Assembly (NCBI RefSeq): GCF_011386835.1
Contig: NC_088803.1
Span: forward strand, 32,860,001 to 32,924,000
Origin: Chrysemys picta bellii
Taxonomy: Eukaryota
DNA: 64,000 bases
Reading direction: 5' to 3'
In this document: piece by piece, positions 38,880-49,460 of the stretch
How positions within the stretch are numbered: position 1 is the stretch's first letter
Layout: the number at the start of each line of letters is the position of its first letter
Program-made: the position numbers and the translations under genes
The notes under the pieces: model-generated
Databases searched by the model: none
Told to the model about the DNA's origin: nothing
The model's input: only the letters and a program-made list of their open reading frames with translations

Positions 38880-39377
38880 ATGACTGAGTTGGCTATAAGC
38901 ACAAGAGCTCCAGGCTCACTGCACTTTTAATAGCTGCTGATTCTTGTAGTCCATCCTGGTACCCTGTGTATAGGGGCTGGTAACTTGCCAGCACTACAGT
39001 CTCATTCTATACAACTTGTTAAACAATGCACTGAAATATTTTTAGATATTTGTAATGCCATAAGTGCCTCCACTTGCTTTTTTAACATAGAATGAATTTT
39101 ACTGTTATTACATCTGTGGATGTTTACCCCCTCAATTCCTTGTTAGACTGTAACTAGCTAGTGCTTTGTAGTGCTGTCAGCATTATGGTTTTAACTTATT
39201 TATAGTTAGAAAAGTTATCAAGTCAGAATGATTCTGTTCAAACTGGGTTCTGAGATCTTATTCTGATTTCCACTCACTAACATGAATTATTTTAATATTG
39301 GGTTTTATTATAACTTTGGCTTTTTAAAGTTGTTTTATTTTCACAATAATGTGGGGGAAATAGCTTCACATATCTGC

Positions 39378-39383
39378 AATAAA
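39378..39383 (+). terminator. Putative FAM83D polyadenylation signal
   Basis: AATAAA about 500 nt after the stop, at the end of a U-rich 3'UTR. Confidence 0.55.
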
Positions 39384-40682
39384 CAAGGCTAACTTTGTTC
39401 CTAATCTGACTTCAATGATCAATTTAGATATATTATGGGTTTATCACTCTTGCATGATAGTCATAAGGACTCTAGATAAGAGCTTATGGGTGTTTTTGTG
39501 TTTGATTATATCCCCTCTGTTTAACTCCAATCTAATGAAACTCACTGAGTGGTACCTAACTAGCCAATCTTCCAGCCTCCATCATTCTTTTGCACATTTT
39601 GTTTTCTATAAAACCAAGCTTCTTTAATAACCTAGTAAACAACCCTGATGAACGCCCACTCTACACTACAGAGTATAACCCCCATCTTTTGGGAGAACTC
39701 TCATAAGTCTGAGAAGCTTTAAGGCCTTTTCAGGGTCTATGCTACAAAAAGCGATCATGTGGGGCAGCAAAACCAATAGGTATGTATTACCTTACATTTT
39801 TTCTTTGTGGGATATTTTGTTGAAAAACAGTTACTCCTGTTAGGAAGGAGAATGTGTCTTTATTACCCCACACTCTCTGTAGTTGCCCCTCAGAAGGAAA
39901 TTCTTCCTGATGAGTAGGCACCTGATTCTATTAAATCAAGGGAATCTCCTAGCAATGGCAGCCCTGGCCTGTACTAGCAAAAGTTTCTAGTGCAATAATG
40001 TCAGGAATATGATTATTTACAATGTTTTTATACCAGCAAAAGGCCTTACTGTTGTACCAGCAAAACAGTCCTCTTGGCAGTCTAGTTCATTTTGTTCAGG
40101 TAACTGGTGTAAGTTATAAGGGCAAAAGAACTGGTCGGTATAAGCTACTTCCCCACAAGGGAAGCATTGCGGGTGTAGGCCATATTTCAATGTGCCTGTA
40201 AACAGTTAGTCTAGTAACTTTCTTCTCTATAAGGTATCATATAGGACATGGGGCTGTGTGAGGGCAGGGGGTAGCTCAGGGTGCTGGGAGAGGGGTATTA
40301 GGAGCTATGTGCTCAGAGGGTTCCCCTGCAGTCCCTGTTCCCAGAGGTGTCTGCCAGCCATAGACCCAGGTATCCCCACCTGAGCAGTTCTTAGACTGCC
40401 TCTGTGGGAGCAAAGGGGGCTGGGAGCTGAGGAGCACCTTCAACCTGGGGCACCAGCCAGAGTAGCTGCTGCCCCGCACTGCCCGGTTCCGGCTTCCCGC
40501 CTCCAACCTGAGCAGGGAGAGGTGTGGAGTTGCCCCTGGGACTGCCATGCTCTTGCACTGCAGTTTTTGGTTTTGTTTGTTTTTTGGGGGTGGGGGAATG
40601 CCCTCCACGTCCCCAACTCTGCCCATGGGCTCAGGGCTTCTGCCCCACAGGGAGCATCGGGGCTCTGGGATTCAGGATCTGC

Positions 40683-42066
40683 TGTGACGGGTTCGGTCAC
40701 AGAGACCCCCTTGGGACTGTCACATGATGTGCTGGGACCACCTCTGAGCCCGTTTTCCCTGCCAGCTTGGGACTTTGGAACCCTGTCTTGTTAAGCCAGA
40801 CCCACTAGCCTGCTGCAACACAGACCCAGGGTCTGAACCACGCCCTCAAAGCTCCAGACTTAACTGAAAACAGCTCAGCAAGTACTCCTGTCTCCAGCAC
40901 CCAGACACCCAGCTCCCAATGGGATCCAAACCCCAAATAAATCCATTTTACTCTGTATAAAGCTTATACAGGGTAAACTCATAAATTGTCCGCACTCTAT
41001 AACACTAATAGAGCTGCACAGCTGTTTGCTCCCCCGGGTATTAATCACTTAGGGCAGGTCTTCACTACGGGGGGGTGGGGGGGGTTGATTTAAGATACGC
41101 AAATTCAGCTACACGAATAGCGTAGCTGAATTCGACGTATCGCAGCCGACTTACCCCGCTGTAGGGACGGCGGCAAAATCTACCTCTGCGGCTTCCCGTT
41201 GACGGTGCTTACTCCCACCTCCGCTGGTGGAGTAAGAGCATCGATTCGGGGATCGATTGTCACATCCCGACAGGACGCGATAAATCGATCCCTGAGAGGT
41301 AGATTTCTACCCGCCGATTCAGGCGGGTAGTGTAGACCTAGCCTTACACTGGGTTAATTAATAAACAAAAGATTTTATTAAGTATAAAAAGTAGGATTTA
41401 ATTGGTTTCAAGTAATAACAGACAGAACAAAGTAAGTTACCAAGGAAAATAAAACAAAACACACAAGTCTAAACCTAATACATTAAGAAACTGAATACAG
41501 GTAAATCTCACCCTCAGAGATATTCCAATAAGCTTCTTTCACAGACTAGACTCCTTCCTAGTCTTGGCCCAATCCTTTCCCCTGGTACAGTCCTATTTCT
41601 AGCTCAGGTGGTAACTCAGGGATTTCTCATGACTGGCAGCTTCCTTTGTTTTGTTCCACCCCCTTTTATAGCTTTGGCACAAGCAGGGAATCTTTTTGTT
41701 TCTCTGGGTCTGCACCCCATCTTCTAAATGGAAAAGCACCACAGGTTTAAGATGGAATCTACTACCAGTACTGCGAGACCCCAAGCCTTCATTCTTCCTG
41801 TCCTAGTCAATGGGAGCCATCAAGATTCCAAGCCATCATTAGTAGCCCACATTTTGCATAATTACAATAGGACTTCAGAGTAATACTTCATATTTCTAAC
41901 TTCAGATACAAGAATATATTCACAAAAATAGGTTGAACACACTCAGTATGTTATAAACTTTGTAATGATACCTTACAAGAGACCTTTTACATAAAGCATA
42001 TTCTAGTTACATTATATTCACACTCATAAACATATTTTCCATAAACAGATGGAGTGCAATGTCACA
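40683..42066 (-). mobile_element. Solo LTR between the two FAM83D copies, interrupted by a MITE
   Basis: Terminal TGTGAC...GTCACA inverted hexamer; minus-strand AATAAA at 41374-41379; TSD not clear. Confidence 0.7.
41052..41343. mobile_element. Young CpG-rich Harbinger MITE (292 bp)
   Basis: GGGCAGGTCTTCACTA / TAGTGTAGACCTAGCC TIRs; perfect TTA TSD (41049-41051, 41344-41346). Confidence 0.92.
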
Positions 42067-43985
42067 CCTGGCTACAGCTCCCCCGGGGGTGCTGGGGATT
42101 GGGGGTTTAGCCATGGGGTCATGTGGATCCCCAGAGCGCCATGGACCCCTGCGTGAGAAGCGCTGCTAGAGGGGGTGGCAATGGGGCAATACAAATGATT
42201 GCAGCAGGTACTCTGTCATCTGTTCTAATATCTAGCTGACAACCCTGCGCAGCAGTGACTTCTTCACACAATGACATTGCATAACCTTTACATTCATGTA
42301 ATCTAAATTTGTAGGTTGCAACAAGTGGATGCCATCGTCTTAATTACATTTGTGTGAAGATGTGCTACCTACTGTTACAAATAATTAAGTAGGAAAAATA
42401 CAAGGAAAACAATTTCTTTTAAGTGTGGTAACTGATAGCAGTTTGTCTGTTGCCAGTTCCATTGTTTTCTCCAGTACAGTTTGTTTCATGTTTGTGTGTC
42501 TTTCTCTTACCAAGAAGCAGGGAGAAACACTTTTTTTTTTTAAGTGGAAACCTACAACAATTGGCAGAGGGATGTGGGGGAAGTATAATCCTTGCAAGTA
42601 CCATACCTCTAACACTGCTGCCCCTATTTCAGAGATTACCTGTATTCCATAAATCTTTCAGAAGTGAGGAACAGTTACTAATTCTGATCTATCTTGATCA
42701 CCTGGAGATATGCTGAGATGGAGGAAGCCAAATCTTTCCAACCTACTGTAGGATGTTTATTCTCGGCAAGCTACAATAGCAGATAGCTGCATGGACAGAA
42801 CCTTCACTGGCCAATCTGATTTCCACTTTTGTAAAACTGTAACTTCCGGTCTCATAAATATACTACAGAGTTCTCACTTTCAGTGAGTTTGTGTGTAATG
42901 GGTGGAACAAGCCAGCGTTCTTACTGGATCCTCTCCTATGCCAGCGAGTAGAAAGGTATACAGTACCCTAAATCTAACTTGTCTACAACACAAGCTGGTT
43001 AAATGCAGTAACATTTCTCTATTAATGTCAGCATCTGGTCTGATTCTTGTTGGTAGAGGTAACTATACCTATGCTCAAAAGTGGCTACTTTGTGCATTTC
43101 AACCTCCCTACATGGGGAAAGCTGACAATTCATTGTTTTATGCTACCACGCCCATACTACGCAACTATGAGGACAGGAGGATCTGGCTTTAAAGTTCTGG
43201 CTGCACTAGCACTGTTGAAGCCAATAAAAAAGGTGGCTCGGTGGCCAGAAGTCCCCTCATCAGCCACTGCAGGGGTTGTAGAGAGCTGGTGAATGCACAC
43301 TTTAGTAGCCAAGTGAGGGATTTATTCCCTGCTTCATTTATGGTAGCACTTTTCTCCTTGTTAAACTCTATTTGAAAACCTTCCTTCTTTCATGTCCTTT
43401 TTACAATGTTACATTATACTGCTATACAGACTTTCTGCTGATGGAAAATAATTTTACTTGACAAATTAATTTAAACAGTGAATTTGCAGTGTGGGTTTTC
43501 TTAATTATGACTTTTCCTTATCTTTGGTTCTTTCCTTCTACTTGGGATTTTGACTCTTATTCACTTAATGAAACATTTTCTATCTAGATTATATTTTCCA
43601 GCTACGGGGGGAGGCAGGAATTAATTCTAGTGCTATTAACCACCATAAACAGCACATGGAAGAAGTCAAAGTTATCAAGATGTAGCATACCCATTCTACT
43701 TTTCATAACAGCCTATTCTTTAGACACTAGACTTCTTTTGGGGGAAAGAACAGTGCTGTGGAAGAGACCCCAGGTTTATTCTTGCTGTTTCAAACATTCC
43801 TCTGATATGGTTTACTCTGAAGAAAAGGGGTAGAATGACTGTTAACATGACTTACAGCTGTGGCTTCTGAAGCTTTAGCTTTCACCCAGACAGCCTTTGG
43901 CAAAAGGGGGTGGGGTAGGCTAATGCCTTGCTTTTATTTTGGCTACTTGCTACCTGAGCAGTGGGAGTTCACCACCTTTTGGAAG

Positions 43986-44112
43986 TATCAGAGGGGTAGC
44001 TGTGTTAGTCTGGTTCTGTAAAAAGCGACAGAGTCCTGTGGCACCTTATAGACTAACAGAAGTATTGGAACATAATCTTTCATGGGTGAATACTCACTTC
44101 ATCAGATGCATG
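43986..44112 (-). mobile_element. Penelope-like element terminal fragment with degenerate hammerhead core
   Basis: Same GGGGTAGCTGTGTTAGTCT...GGCACCTT..AGACTAACAGA head as 47303; minus strand reads CTGATGA...ACCCATGAAAG. Confidence 0.65.
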
Positions 44113-44490
44113 TCTGGAAGGGCTCCTTCATGTTAAGAGGATGACAAATCAGAGTAAACAAAATGACCCTCCCCATGCAGGTTTGTAAATGCAGTTTTAG
44201 TGGTTACAGGCAAGGACAAGATCGGTGCAATGCTTTGGTAGCAGGTCTCCTGTGCTGAATGTGCTCTGTTTCTACAACTGTTTTCAATAATTCATTGACA
44301 GCCCTGTGGGGCAGGGTAGCCATTCCGAGAGCGCGGATGGGGTTACACAAGGGATTGCTAGGTGGGGAGTGTGGGAGGAAAGCAGGGACTGGTAGAGTTA
44401 GAGACTCTCCATTGCTTCTCCCTGGCCCGCTTCAGCAGCTGCCCAGCCTGAGTCAGGGTATCTCCACCAAGGTGAGCTGGGGCATTAGGG

Positions 44491-45348
44491 CAGGGCTGCC
44501 CAGAGGGGGGGGCAAGTGGGGCAATTTGCCCCAGGACCCGCAGGGGCCCCCACGAGAATATCAGAGGCTCCCCCCCAGTGCCTCAGCACGCCGTGTCCAA
44601 GAGCGGCCCTGGACAGCACTGCAGTGGTGTGGCCTGAGCTCCTCCCACTCGGAGCCGCGGGGTAAGGGGGTGGGGCTCCGGGCCAAGAGGCGGGAGCTCA
44701 GGTCCCGTGGAGCCATGCTGCTGCAGCGCTGTCTAGGGCTGTTCATGGATGCCACGTGCTGAGGCTCTGGGAAAGGGGGGGAGGCGGGAGTAAGCAGCAT
44801 GGTAAGGGGGCCAGGGCCAGGCACCCCCTGACCCCATCCCCCCCACAGCCCTGACCCCCAGCTCTGAGCCCAGCCCCTCTGAACCGGACACCTTCCCCAA
44901 CCCCCATCCCCCCTACAGCCCTGACCCCCAGCTCCAAGCCCAGTCCCTCTGAGCCGGGCACCCCCCAACGCCATCCCCCCACAGCCCTGAGTCCAGCCCC
45001 TGTGAGCCGGGCATCCCCCTCCCGACCCAGAGCCCAGCTCCCCACCCAGCCCTGGGCAACAGCAGCACCACCCCCAGGCAGTGATGGCCCATTGGCACCA
45101 ACCATCACCATCACCCAGCGACAGCCCATTATGTAATTGCAAATGTATACATACCATTAAAGCATTTAATGTTTTTAAATAATGTATTTTGTGTATTTTC
45201 AAATTATTAAAAATTAATTTTTGAATTTATTTCAATGGTTATTTTTACATTTCCAAATACATGTTACTAGAGTATTGCAACTTTTTTTATGGAAGGGGCC
45301 CCCGAAATTGCTTTGCCCCAGGCCCCCTGAATCCTCTGGGCGGCCCTG
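44491..45348. mobile_element. hAT-type MITE (858 bp) just upstream of the FAM83D copy-2 promoter
   Basis: TIRs CAGGGCTGCCCAGAG / CTCTGGGCGGCCCTG (14/15); perfect 8-bp TSD CATTAGGG (44483-44490, 45349-45356). Confidence 0.92.
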
Positions 45349-45356
45349 CATTAGGG

Positions 45357-45555
45357 AGCCTACCAGCCGCTTGAACTCAACGACCGTCGCTCCCTTCAGC
45401 CTGGGAAGGTGCAAGAGGAGGAGGCAGGGCCCGGCGCTGGGTGGGAGGTGGAGGAGAATTGGGGTGAGGGGGCGTTGGCTGGGTTTAAAACTCCTCATAA
45501 AAGGCCTGGTTTAGTGACTACCCTTGCGGGCTAATAGCGGCGGCCGCGGCTCCCC
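45357..45555 (+). promoter_or_regulatory. Candidate core promoter of the FAM83D-like copy 2
   Basis: ATTGG 45458-45462; GGGTTTAAAACTCCTCATAAAAGG (45481-45504) aligns to copy-1 GGGTTCAAACTCCCTATAAAAGG. Confidence 0.6.
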
Positions 45556-46017
45556 ATGGCGAACCAGTCCCAGTGCCTGGAGGACGCCCCCGGCCGCTGG
45601 TTCCCCGGGGAGCCGAGCTCGCCCGAGCTCTACAGCGAGGCGCAGCGGCTGGCGCTGGAGGAGCTGGTGGCGGGCGGCCGGGCCGCTTTCCGCGCTTTCC
45701 TGCGCCGGGAGAAGGTGCCCGGCTTCCTCTCGGAGCCCGAGATCCAGGCCATCCTCCAGGCGGCCGCAACGCCGGCCGGGGCCGAGGACGGGGCGGCCGA
45801 GCCCTCGCTCAGCGCCTCGCTGGACTGCTCCTCGCTCACCTACTTCCCCGAGCAGTCGGACGTGGAGCCGCCCGTGCTGGAGCTGGGCTGGCCGGCCTTC
45901 TCCAGCGGCTCGTACCGCGGCCTCACCCGCGTGGAGGCGCTTTTCCAGCCCAGCTTCGGGGAGACCATCTACAGCTGCAAGGAGGCGGTGCGCAGGCAGA
46001 TCCGCTCGGCCAGGGAG
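45556..46017 (+). CDS. FAM83D-like paralogue (copy 2) exon 1
   Basis: 462 nt, differs from 24184-24645 at only 2 positions (45588 synonymous, 45602 S16F); donor GAG|GTGAGT. Confidence 0.85.
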
Positions 46018-46856
46018 GTGAGTCCCCAGCCCGGCCTCTGCGCCCCCTTCCTGCCCGAGCCGAGCCTCCTCCTCCGGGCGCCCTGGGAAACCCGGGGGGA
46101 TACTGCTCTGCACAACGCTCCTCTGTGCCTGGGGAACTAGGAGCCTAGCCCTGGACGCCGGTGTTGCACTAAAGACCCGCTGGCTTTGGTCCCTAATCTC
46201 CAACCAGCTAGGATTAAATTCTGAAATCTGCACTTTAGCATTATTATTTATTGCATTTAAAAACAAATCACTACTTTAATATTTGGTCTTGTAGAAACGT
46301 GTGACATTCATGGTGGTGGTGAGCTTTCCTCTGTGGATAGGCCATCACTACAATCCTGCAGGAGAATGAAGGAAGGGAGAGGCTCCTCAGGGCAGGGATC
46401 CTGTCTGCTTTGTGATAAAATCTCTCATACTTTAGAAACTAGTCTTTCGGCAAGGTATGTGTTATATGCAGAATAAATGACAGTGTAGTGTGCTTATGGA
46501 CACTCATTGGCCTTGGCTAGCTCACTTGGGACCTTGGCAATTATGAGTAATGTGGTCATCCCAAAACACATGCTTGTGGCACCTTAGTATCACACCATCA
46601 CACAGTGTGTCTTTTAAATAAAACCTGATAACTTGTGTCTAACGCACAATGGGTGCTATGTACATAATTCACCTGGGGATCACTCATGCCACGTCTAGGA
46701 TGGAATATAGCAGCCTTCTGCTTGTACAGTAACTCCTCACTTAACATAGTAGTTATGTGCCTGAAAAATGCAACCTTAAGCGAAACAATGTTAAGCGAAT
46801 CCAATTTCCCCATAAGAATTAATGTGAATGGGGGGAAAGTAGGTTCAAGGGAAATT

Positions 46857-46984
46857 NNNNNNNNNNNNNNNNNNNNNNNNNNNNNNNNNNNNNNNNNNNN
46901 NNNNNNNNNNNNNNNNNNNNNNNNNNNNNNNNNNNNNNNNNNNNNNNNNNNNNNNNNNNNNNNNNNNNNNNNNNNNNNNNNNNN
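46857..46984. other. Assembly gap (128 N)
   Basis: Run of N. Flanks are collinear with about 60 bp of CA/TA-rich sequence (57640-57699) in the intact inverted MITE copy. Confidence 0.99.
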
Positions 46985-47209
46985 CAAACAATTTAATACT
47001 GTACACAGCAATGATTATTGTGAAGCTTGGTTGAGGTGATGGAGGAAGAGGGTGGATATTTCCCAGGGAATGCCTTACTGCTAAATGATGAACTAGTACT
47101 CTGCTGAGCCCTCAAGGGTTAACACATTGTTGTTAATGCAGCTTCACACTCTACAAGGCAGCACAAATGGAGGGAGGGGAGACAGCATGGCAGACAGAGA
47201 TACACACCC

Positions 47210-47242
<33 letters not shown>

Positions 47243-47302
47243 TGCGCTCATTGCCCCTTTAAGTACGCTGACCCCACTCTAAGTACACTGCCTTTTTAAG
47301 TA

Positions 47303-47495
47303 TCAGGGGGTAGCTGTGTTAGTCTGTATCTACAAAAACAACGAGTCTGGTGGCACCTTAAAGACTAACAGATTTATTTGGGCATAAGCTTTCGTGGGTA
47401 AAATGCATCTGAAGAAGTGAGGTTTTTACCCACGAAAGCTTATGCCCAAATAAATCTGTTAGTCTTTAAGGTGCCACCAGACTCCTTGTTGTTTT
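47303..47495. mobile_element. Penelope-derived palindromic mini-insertion nested in the Tigger MITE
   Basis: Perfect 61-bp inverted repeat (47343-47403 / 47424-47484, 20-nt loop). 14-bp TSD TGCCTTTTTAAGTA (47289-47302, 47496-47509). The empty site is present once, reverse-complemented, near 57307-57320. Confidence 0.85.
47405..47445 (+). ncRNA. Minimal type I hammerhead ribozyme motif (Penelope-type)
   Basis: Stem I GCAT/ATGC, core CTGAAGA, stem II GTG(A)GGT-TTTT-ACCCAC, GAAA, palindromic stem III AGCT, NUH = CUU. Confidence 0.65.
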
Positions 47496-47992
47496 TGCCT
47501 TTTTAAGTAGATCAGCAAGTTGAGACAGCAGCTGCTGCCAGCAAGCTCCCTCCCGTGTTCCCCCCCTGCTCTATGGAGATGGAGTAAGTCGGGGGCAGGG
47601 AGAGGGGGACACCCTGACATTAGCCTCCCTCCCCCCCTGCACAGCAAGCAGGAGGCTCCTGGGAGCAGCTCCAAGGCAGAGGGCAGGAGCAGCACGTGGC
47701 AGTGTGGGGAGGGACAGCTGAACTGCCTGGCAATTGATGGCCTGCTGGGCGACTGCCACACAGGGAACTTAGGAGAGCAGGGAGCTGATGGTCCGCCCTG
47801 GTTCCAAGCCCCCACCAGCTAGCTGCAATGGGCTGCTCTTTCTGCAAGCAGTGGACAAAGCAGGGGGCCGCCAAATGATGTTATAAGGGAGGATTGTACA
47901 ACTTTGAACAAGCATGTTCTCTAATTGATCAACAGCATAACAACAAAACAGCGTTAACCGGGACGACTTTAAGTGAGGAGTTACTGTAGTCG

Positions 47993-49272
47993 TAGAATCA
48001 TAGAATATTAGGGTTGGAAGAGACCTCAGGAGGTCATCTAGTCCAACCCCGTGCTCAAAGCAGGACCAACACCGACTAAATCATCCCAGTCAGGGTTTTT
48101 CAAGCTGGGCCTTAAAAACCTCTAAGGATGGAGATTCCACCACCTCCCTAGGTAACCCATTCCAGTACTTCACCACCCTCCTAGTGAAATAGTGTTTCCT
48201 AAGTTCCAACCTAGACCTCCACTACTGCAACTTGAGACCATTGCTGCTTCTGTCATCTGCCACCACTGATAACAGCCGAGCTACATCCTCTTTGGAACCC
48301 CCCTTCAGGTAGTTGAAGGCTGCTATCAGATCCTCCCTCACTCCTTGTAAGTCATGTGCTCCAGCCCCCTAATCATTTTCGTTGCCCTCTGCTGGACTCT
48401 CTCTCCAATTTGTCCACATCCCTTCTGTAGTGGGGGGGGCCAAAACTGGATGCAATACTCCAGGTGTGGCCTCACCAGTGCCGAATAGAGGGGAATAATC
48501 ATTTCCCTTGATCTGCTGGCAGTGCTCCTACTAATACAGCCCAACATGCCGTTGGCCTTCTTGGCAACAAGGGCACACTGCTGACTCATATCCAGCTTCT
48601 CATCCACTGTAATCCCCAGGTCCTTTTCTGCAGAACTGCTGCTTAGCCAGTCGGTCCCCAGCCTGTAGCGGTGCATGGGATTCTTCCTTCCTAAGTGCAG
48701 GACTCTGCACTTATCCTTGTTGAACCCCATCAGATTTCTTTTGGCCCAATCCTCCAATTTGTCTAGGTCATTCTGGATCCTATCCCTACCCTCCAGCTAA
48801 TCTACCTCTCCCCCCAGTTTAGTGTCATCTGCAAACTTGCTGAGGGTGCGATTCATCCCATCATCCAGATCATTAATAAAGATGTTGAACAAAACCGGCC
48901 CCAGGACTGACCCCTGGGCACTCCGCTTAATACCGGCTGCCAACTAGACACTGAGCCATTGATCACTACCCGTTGAGCCCGACAATCTAGCCAGCTTTCT
49001 ATCCACCTTATAGTCCATTCATCCAATCCATACTTCTTTAACTTGCTGGCAAGAATACTGTGGGAGACCGTATCAAAAGCTTTGCTAAAGTCAAGCTATA
49101 TGACATCCACCGCTTTCCTCATATCCACAGAGCCAGTTATCTCATCATCGAAGGCAATCAGGTTGGTCAGGCATGACTTGCCCTTGATGAATCCATGTTG
49201 AATGTTCCTGATCACCTTCCTCTCCTCCAAGTGCTTCAAAATGAATTCCTTGAGGACCTGCTCTATGATTTT
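47993..49272 (-). mobile_element. 5'-truncated CR1 LINE (about 1.3 kb)
   Basis: Minus strand carries QHGF, DFSKAFD and FADD RT motifs, LYSALVRPHLEYC, the 3'UTR and an ATTCTATG tail. Confidence 0.93.
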
Positions 49273-49460
49273 GCTGTGGCTAGTCTTAAATTAGTCCCAC
49301 TTAAGTTTTTCAGAGGAGAACTGAAGAACATCTCTACTTAGATTTCTCCCTATGATATCAGCTATGAAGGCAGAGTGTAATTATCCAAGCTGGATCTTGG
49401 CCAGGCCATCTAGACTAATAATGCTTCCTTTGTTCAAAATGTTGTGGGATCCCTAATGAC

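Larger units (their letters stand above)
46727..47986. mobile_element. Tc1/mariner (Tigger-like) MITE spanning the N gap
   Basis: TIRs CAGTAACTCCTCACTTAA / TTAAGTGAGGAGTTACTG; TA TSD at 46725-46726 and 47987-47988; inverted homologue at 56806-57836. Confidence 0.88.

Noticed and set aside
44259-45202. 167, 213 and 128 aa Gly/Trp-rich ORFs
   Set aside because: Lie in the G/C-repeat interior of the 44491-45348 MITE.
45511-46266. 251, 191 and 165 aa ORFs over copy-2 exon 1
   Set aside because: Same GC-rich shadow ORFs as in copy 1; they recur only because the exon is duplicated.
46598-47039. ORFs spanning the N run
   Set aside because: Artefacts of translating through unknown bases.
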